A stretch of DNA of 64,000 nt from Octopus vulgaris (Eukaryota). This document shows, piece by piece, positions 55,918-64,000 of the stretch. The stretch spans positions 61,752,001 to 61,816,000 of the forward strand of contig OX597814.1 in NCBI GenBank assembly GCA_951406725.2, written 5' to 3'. Each line of letters opens with the position of its first letter. Position 1 is the first letter of the stretch. The notes below the pieces were generated by a model. The model saw only the letters and a list, made by a program, of their open reading frames with translations. It had not been told where the DNA came from and did no database searches. A program made the position numbers and the translations under genes.

Positions 55918-56400
55918 CAGGAGTCACCAAACTTTTTTCACAACGGGCCAGATAACTGAGAGAATTACGAGAATACAGTGGATACACAAAGAAATAAAAA
56001 CAACCAACATATTTATTTACCTAAATGTTATCAAAATAGGTGACGTTAGCAATAAGATAGTTATATCACAGCCAGTGCTAACATATCCGAATCTCACAAA
56101 CTAAGCAGCAAAAACAGTTAGTGAGATTTGTGAAACTGTTGTTTAGACTTTAAGATTTCACCAATATTTGCTTTGGAATTGCTGCATCCAACCAAGAGAA
56201 TTCCTTTCAAATGTTCATCAGTTAACCTCATTCGATGTGCTGACTTCATAGACATAAGTTGTTCCAAATACCGATGCCATACCCGAGGCAAATTTCTTCC
56301 AATTTGAAAACTCATCATCAAGTAAGCAACGATAAAATTCAACAAGTTTTCCTTCTCTGTGCATCTCTTTCAACAAGTCATTTGCTTGCAAATCAAAGAG
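55918..56400 (-). mobile_element. hAT (Charlie/SPIN-like) 3' relic
   Basis: LFDLQAND...MASVFGTTYVYE...KSAHRMRLTDEHLKGIL; terminus caggagtcaccaaacttttt. Confidence 0.7.
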
Positions 56401-56404
56401 CACG

Positions 56405-56640
56405 AACCGTAGTTCCTTTTCCGACTCTGTAAGACTGTGTCATCTGCATATCTTATGCTTGTGATGATCCTGCCTCCTACCCTTAGACTTTCCTTCTCAA
56501 GTTCTCTTATGATCAATTCGCTATAGTAATTGGAGAGATTTGGTGACATAACACATCCTTGTTTGAGCCCTCTCCTGATGATACTATATTCATTGCATTC
56601 TCCAACCACCTTTATGCAAACTGATTGATTTCAATGCAAG
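56405..56640 (-). mobile_element. RTE LINE RT fragment (3' continuation at ~55510-55900)
   Basis: RRGLKQGCVMSPNLSNYYSE...IRYADDTVL. Confidence 0.7.
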
Positions 56641-56933
56641 ATTTGGAGATCTTTATAAGATAGAAAAATGTGATTTGAGAGAGATTTGACTTCTACTTCT
56701 AATAGATCGAAAGAGAACATGGAGATTCCACCGATGAATAAGAGTCGAAGAACAGTAGATCTTTTCAAAAACAGTACATGATTTTTCTTAAGATTCGAAA
56801 TTCAATCTTTTTGTACCTCTTCCACATCATATATTCTTTGACCATGGGCTATATTAACCGGAGTCTGCGATGCTCGGCGCTATAAACCAAGTAGCATGAA
56901 CGTCAGATTTATGCTGTGTCTCTGTCTCATACA

Positions 56934-58815
56934 CCGGAGTTTTCCGAAAATCCTCCCATCCATTAGATCGCCCATGGGCGGTTATTTGTGGTTAAAAGTT
57001 GAAACAGAGCTAGTGTTCTTGTTTGCATTCTGCCCAGACGTTCATTTGCTCTACGCCTGTAGATAAATTCAAAGGATTTTTATTCCCAATAATGAGTCGA
57101 AAAAAAATATATCAAAACGTGTTCAACGTTCATATACCATTAGTAAAACATTGAGTGCTATTAAACGAGTGAAAGAACATTCTGGTAATTTATTTGCTGC
57201 GTCAAGAGACTTAGGTATTGATAGAAAACGATTGAGAGAATAGTGCACAAAAAAAAAATTAATTAATGTCAGGTATGAGGAGGCGCAGATCAAATTGTTG
57301 GAGGTAGAGGACCAGCACATAGAGATCTAGAGATTGAACTCTTACAGTGGATTGTTGTTCAGCGTGCAAACAATATAAATGTAAATTATCGCCGTTTACG
57401 AGAATATACATTTGAATTGGTGAAAAGGTTTGGAATTGAAATGAACAGCTTTAGACGTTCTGATAAATGGATTTTCAATTTCATGAAACGGAATAAACTG
57501 ACTGTGAGAAAGATTACACATGTTGGTCACGCAGATAATAAAACCCTTGGAGAAAAGGCACAAATCGCCAGTGACTATCTAGATAGCATTCCAGTATTAA
57601 CAGCAGATAAGGATGCAGACCAGATTTATAATATGGATGAAACACCTGTATACGTTGACATGTTGAGTTCAACAACAATAGACTTTGTTGGGAATAAAAA
57701 TGTAGATGCTAGCCACTGTGGTGCTACCAAAGCTCGTTTTACTGCTGTGTTGTGTGATTATCCTTAAAGAATTGAAAAACGTGCCTAAAGTCAAGGTCCC
57801 AAAGAATATTTACTTAAGTCTCCAACAAGGGATCAACCACATATGAACTCATGCAGCTGTGGACTGACAAAGTGTTTAGGCAGAAAACAGCACAATTATT
57901 CCATGCTCAAAATTCAGTGCTATTCATAGATGAATGCTCGGTGTACAATAAAACAGAGCTCCTAGAAGTGTTCAAAATACAATTTTCAAGCTTATACCTT
58001 CTAAAACAACACTTTACTTGCAGCCGTTAGATGTATTAATTATTGGTTCTTTCAAGAAAGCCCTTCATGCTGAATGAGAGAATTAGTTTTCAAATGGCAA
58101 AAAGAAGTATACAAATAAAGGATATCGCAAAAAAACCTTCTAATCAAGAGATAGTGGACTTTGTGACCCGAGCTGTTGCCACTTTAAATAAAGAAACTAT
58201 CAAGATTGCTTTTGAATGTTGTGGAATTGCTCCTCGTGGACAGACTGTAGAACATAGCCTCTTAAACTCACGCTTACAGGATGTTTTGTCTGGCCTTGAG
58301 GTAAATGCGCCAGATGCACACAATGACAAAATTGAAGAAGATGGAATACAAGAAAGTGAGATTAGCTCCGATGTGAATAATATCCAAGCAACAAATGAAG
58401 AAATTCGTGATATTTAACTTGAAACTATTCGGTTATTATTCTACCATAAATGCCCAAGGACATTATTTGTTCGTACGAGGCTTCTATTCATGTTTTCAAC
58501 AGTTTAATTTTCAATATTTCCTAATAGATGCATTGTTAACTTCAGAATATTTTTTAATATGCTATTTCTTTTAAGGCGGTTTCAGTTTCTTTATGTTTGT
58601 ATATCTGATAACTGAAACGATAGAAGTTCAATGGAATTGTATAAAATAAATATGGTTTTGAGAAGATCTTTGTTTTCCCTAGGTGAAATGTTTTACTTCC
58701 ATATAACCGCCCATGTGCGCTTATTATAGGTGGGCGGTTATTTAAGCCAGAAAATAGTTTTGTAAAATAGAATTTTCCGTTTAACAGCCCTGGGCTGGTT
58801 TTCGGAAAATCCCGG
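56934..58815 (+). mobile_element. pogo-family DNA transposon, decayed
   Basis: TIRs ccggagttttccgaaaa / ttttcggaaaatcccgg followed by TA. Broken transposase from ~57092 with CENP-B-type HTH (SDKWIFNFMKRNKLTVRK), first catalytic motif IYNMDETP and a later LQPLDV motif. Confidence 0.85.
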
Positions 58816-59276
58816 TAGTAATGAAGAACATCTTTCTCCTTCGTAAGGAAATTTATCTTGCAACAGATTCGCATACAACTGTGATCAGTATCGTTCCTTA
58901 CATCATGCATACATACATTCACATATGCATACATAGATACATACGTAACTACCTACCCACATACATATACATGCATACGTGTACACATACATGTTTGCAT
59001 ATATACATACATACATACATGCAAATGGCTAATGAGGCAATTAAAACCGTTAATAGAAATATGAAAATATGCAAAACACTACAAATTTAGCCTGCAGCAA
59101 GTGCGCAAACATACATTAAGTCAAAATGTACAGATCTACAGGTGCAATGACTTACATGCTGGCATACATACATACGTTTACAAATACATGCATACACACA
59201 TTCATACATGTAGACATACATACGTTTACAAATACATACATACATACATACATACATACATACATACATACATACA

Positions 59277-59307
<31 letters not shown>

Positions 59308-59389
59308 GCTTTTGAAAGCTCAAAACTGACTGAAGATAGATAACCAAAGTAGTCTATATTGGACTAAGGACAAGTAAAAGAGTCTTTAC

Positions 59390-60445
59390 AAGGAAGATAG
59401 GGTACCAGGGGACAAGTGCCCCCCCACTCTTTTTCAGGAACGGGGGACAAACCATCTATTGTCTCCCCTACTTTTTCCCAATTAAAAAACAAAATACCAC
59501 CGCCAATCTAGGTAGTATACTGCATAGTGTCAAACTGGTGCAGGAGGAGCTAAAAAATTTACGCAGTGAAGAAAAATTTCAGATGTTCAATACAGCAGAA
59601 AAAATGATTTATCAACTCGATATTTCTCCTTTGGAGCAACCCAGGCAACGGAGAGTTCCCAAAAGATTCCAAGAAAGAAATGTGCTAAAATATTGACACT
59701 GCACTATTTTGGATCATTACAGAGTGCAGTATTTGCAGATAGTGGATACTGCAATAGCAAGTTTGAAAGATTTTTTTCACAGGATTTAGAAGATTATGAA
59801 AAACTGAGCGATATTTTACTCAATGGAAATGTTTGTGCTGAAGTGATCATACAGTATCCAGTTTAATGAATTTTCTCTAAAGGACAAAATACTTTTTCAT
59901 AGAAATCATCATAATGGATCATCTCTCAAGGATCATCGTAACATATTCGGTGAAATGCAACCAGAAGTCCGTCGCACGTTTTCAAATGTTAAGCGATTGC
60001 TCAGGCTACTTTTAGTGTTTCCAACCAGTTCTCGTGACGCTGAAAGATCTTTTAACGCTCTGCGGACTCAAACTTGTCTGCGATCGACCATGATCCAGCA
60101 AAGGTTGAATCATATTCTAATATTCCACGTTCGTAGAAATGTTTTGAAAAAGAATAGTTGTGAAGAAGCTGTTAAATTATTTACTGACAGCAATGATGCG
60201 AAAAAGATTATATTTTTTGGTTCGAACATGTTTTATTTTTTTGTTTATTTGATATAATAAATTATTTTTCAGCATATTTTTTTAATATCTGAACTTCATT
60301 TGAATATATAAAATTTAATTAGTGTAAAATTTTACTTATATGACAGGGTCCGGTAAAGGCACCATAAGCAATACTAACATGCTTCTTTAAAAATCAACAA
60401 ATGTTGGTTTGTTCCCTCACATTTTTAAGGCAACTAAGGCCCCTG
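59390..60445 (+). mobile_element. hAT transposon relic (internally deleted)
   Basis: hAT dimerisation motif LLLVFPTSSRDAERSFNALR..LRSTMIQQRLNHIL (59955-60257); right end ctaaggcccctg. Confidence 0.75.
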
Positions 60446-60767
60446 AGTGAAGAGCATATGCTTTTGCAATTCGAGAAGTAACTGATGCGCAAAGGAAATA
60501 GGGATACAAATAAAAGACTTAAATGTAACTAATGTATCCAATTAATTCAACTGCATAGAATAAATGCTGAAATGAATCCTACGTCATAAGCAACTGTTCG
60601 AAACCGTCAACGTAATGTTAGGTACCTATGAGGAATGATGTCTTTGCCAAATCTGTTGGGAAGTAGAGTCCTGAAGAATGAAATATAAGAAGTTACAATG
60701 TTGTGAAAGGAATATTCATTCGTAGTAACACACACAAACACTCACACGCGCACACACACACACGCAC

Positions 60768-60846
<79 letters not shown>

Positions 60847-62614
60847 CTCTCTCTCTCTCTCTCTCACTTTCTCTCTCACTCACGCATGCGTACACACATA
60901 CATGCATACATACTTAAAGCGTAGCGACTGCAATGGCTATTCGATATTTAGACGAATATATTTACCACTTGAAAGCAACATATTATGGGGAAGTTGAGCT
61001 TTAGAATGTAAATAAGATTATATAGGAATATTTCAGTAGAAGTACTTAAACACTACATGCACTGTAACATATATACATAAGCGAATAATCTAGCTATAGT
61101 ACTGGCACGGCAACTGAAGATGTACTTGAGGTACAATTAAAGTGATCTTAAAGAAAATAACCTTAAGCTGTGAAGAATAATAACTTTAAATGTAATCATG
61201 ACTAAATTGTGTCGAAATTTTACATGTGCATCATCGTCTAGTTAAGATTAAACACAAATAAACAATAAATGGATAAATTCATTATGGTTAAAAGTATATG
61301 GCTCGTAAACCTAGGTCATGAATATAGCCATTATACACAATAGATTTACCAGCTTAACAAGCAATTATATTAGGTGTGTATACAAACTGGTTTTATAGAA
61401 AGACTAAGATGTCTGCGAAATATGAAACGGCCAGGACCAGATTTAAGCTCAAACTATCTCAATGGATAAGCGAAGCAAATATAAATTGATTCATATACTA
61501 GTGGGTCAGGGGAAATCTTTGATGAACACCCCTCGTAACTAAATCGACTAAAGCAACACAGGTTTAACAACCTTGATTTAAAAATATCGGATAGCAATGC
61601 ATGTACCAATAACAATCGCATTCCCAACAACGAATTACAGCCGAACAGTAGAATACCTGAAGCTACAGGCAGAGTACAGCAAATCGTTTTTCTCATCATC
61701 AACGGCAATTCATCTGAAAATGATTGAACGGGCGGAAACCGTTGTGATTTTGGGTGATGTGTTGTAAAAGGCCATTCAAAACACATATAAGAATGTTCCT
61801 AATTTGAGCTGAATGTAGTAAAAGAAATAGTAAGAATTTATCTAAAAAGGCCTAATCAAAGGACCATAAAAACATCATACGAAACTTTATGTCCCTCGAT
61901 ATATGCGTCAGTAATAACATTGCAATTTGATATTTCAACGCAATGAGTCGGAGCTACCGGAATCAAGATGTAACTAAACATTCTGAACCGAGAATAGGTC
62001 AGTAACTAGAAAAATTAAATTTTATTTCTAGAATGAAGTATTTGAAGCATTTGATAGATTCTCATATTTATGAAATCTAACAGAGATAATATATTCACAA
62101 AATATCAGAACTATATAGCAGAAATTAGAAAATTATGTTTGAAATGTAAAAATAAAATCTTAAGTTCTGAACTGAGAGAGCTACAGAAGATAAACCAGAA
62201 TATAAATCTACGTGATATAAACACCAAATGCTGAATAAATTGTTAGATTGTTTGCCAAGTATTTTAAATCAGTCTATCGTAGTCTCAACTCAAACAGTAC
62301 AACCCTTGTAAAAGGTATCATATCATGTGTATGTGTGTGGAGGGGTGTATATGCATGTGTATATGTTAACCACTTGAAGTCCCATGAAAGATCAACTATA
62401 TGTAACGTTCTTCCTCTTAGACTGAAAGATTCGACGCGTATAGTGTGTCAAAGGGGTTGCAAGACGATAACGCTACGTAATCCTTTTTTGGGGAATTGGC
62501 AGCAAGGATTAACCCATTATAAAGCAATATTGTTGTTTGTTTCTTTTTTTTGTTTTGTTTTTTTTTCTTTGTGTCCCATAAAAGATCGTCGATCGATTAC
62601 AAATTGAGTGAGAC

Positions 62615-62649
<35 letters not shown>

Positions 62650-63170
62650 GGAGAGAGAATGAAAATTGCTACGGATTAATACAGTATTATTGTAGACTTG
62701 CTATTGTGAAGCATTTTTGAAATACTTGTGTGTTTTGGTATGTATTTTTAGGATAGGGGTTGTATATATGGTGGATGCAGGGTGGGAGGGCGGGGTATTT
62801 GAATAGTTAGGGTTGTGAATTTGTGTGTGTGTTTTTTTTTTTTACTTTTCTGTTATGTGTTCATGTTAAGAGATAGATGGTAGGTGCGGACAGAGATAGA
62901 TGGTAGGTGCGGACTGTACAAAGTTTAAGTTCTTATAAATTAAATGTGTTTGGGGTTTGGGATTGTAAGTTGTGATGGAATTGTTTGGGCTGGCAAGTAG
63001 AGTGTTGGAGGAGACAGCCGGATCATTCAGGATGAGTATGGATACAATTATATATTTATGTATATGCATAATAACAGTAACGGTGAAAGAGGAAAAGTTC
63101 ACAATATCGGTGTTAGAATATAAGTTAATTCGGAAAATGGAAAATGGAGGAGGTCAGAATCTTTTCGATG

Positions 63171-63216
63171 GTCATTTAGCATTTTCATCTCTTTTCAGAG
63201 ATTCATCAGGAATAAT
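63171..63216 (-). ncRNA. Degenerate hammerhead motif
   Basis: Minus strand attattc-CTGATGA-atctc-tgaaaa-gagat-GAAA-atgc-TA-aatgac: core and 5-bp helix II intact, helix I out of register. Confidence 0.4.
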
Positions 63217-64000
63217 ATTTATATGTTTGCAGAAAATTTATGCCTTATCTATATATATATATATCCATATCTATGTGAGTTAGTTGAAAAAATGTAGAAT
63301 TCAATGGGGTAGAACATGTTCTTTGTTATTTTGAATCTATGAGTGTTTATATATGAGTGAGTGTATGTGTGTAAGTATGTGCGTAGTGAATTTTTGTAGG
63401 CTCGGTTAGAGGGAGAAAGAAATGGAAATGAAAGACAGACAGGAAGAAAGAAGGAAGGACAGAAATGAATGAATGAAAGAAAGAAACAAACAAACAATCT
63501 TTACATACACATACATACATACATGTATACACACACACACACACACACAGACATACATATATGAAGCAAAACAGTTTGGTTCAAACCCCTTGGTACTCAG
63601 TGTTTCAAGCGTGACTCTAATCTTCCGCCATTGGAGTCTGAATAAGGGTTTGATTGATGAGAGTCAATGTGTATTACTGGACGTTAGCCTGCGATTGGTC
63701 AAGAATGGTCACACGGTGTCGCAGTTTGATGTTGGTATTTCTGCCACAACAGTTATTTGGAAAATACTGCATGGTGAACAGAAAATCGATCGCGTGATGG
63801 ACAGGAAATCAGTCACGTGGTTAGGGGATCGAGTAAGATGGGGCGGTAGATGTGGGAATATATACTTATATATGTGTACATGTATATGCCCATATATCTA
63901 CATGTATGCATCCGTACTTATATGAGTGTGCATATCTGCATAGATGTACCTTCACACACTCAGACACACATGCACACGAATGCACATTCACACACGTGCA

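Overview
AT-rich, repeat-dense animal genomic DNA, not prokaryotic. The SINE families, microsatellite load and TE mix resemble an octopus/coleoid cephalopod (inference from repeat recognition only). Most ORFs in the track are microsatellite artefacts. The only well-supported host coding sequence is one 102-bp phase-1/phase-1 exon (54922-55023, +) from the extracellular hormone-binding domain of a class B (secretin-family) GPCR. The rest is intron/intergenic DNA with decayed TEs: a Dong/R4 LINE in (AAT)n, several RTE LINEs, CRE and L1/Tx1 fragments, Penelope-like (PLE) remnants, a DD37D maT, a pogo, hAT relics and many tRNA-derived SINEs. The strongest hidden signal is a set of type I hammerhead ribozyme motifs in small non-coding elements next to (TA)n tracts. 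One is a near-perfect 225-bp-arm foldback (38142-38598) that encodes a complete hammerhead on each strand. Boundaries of decayed repeats are approximate.
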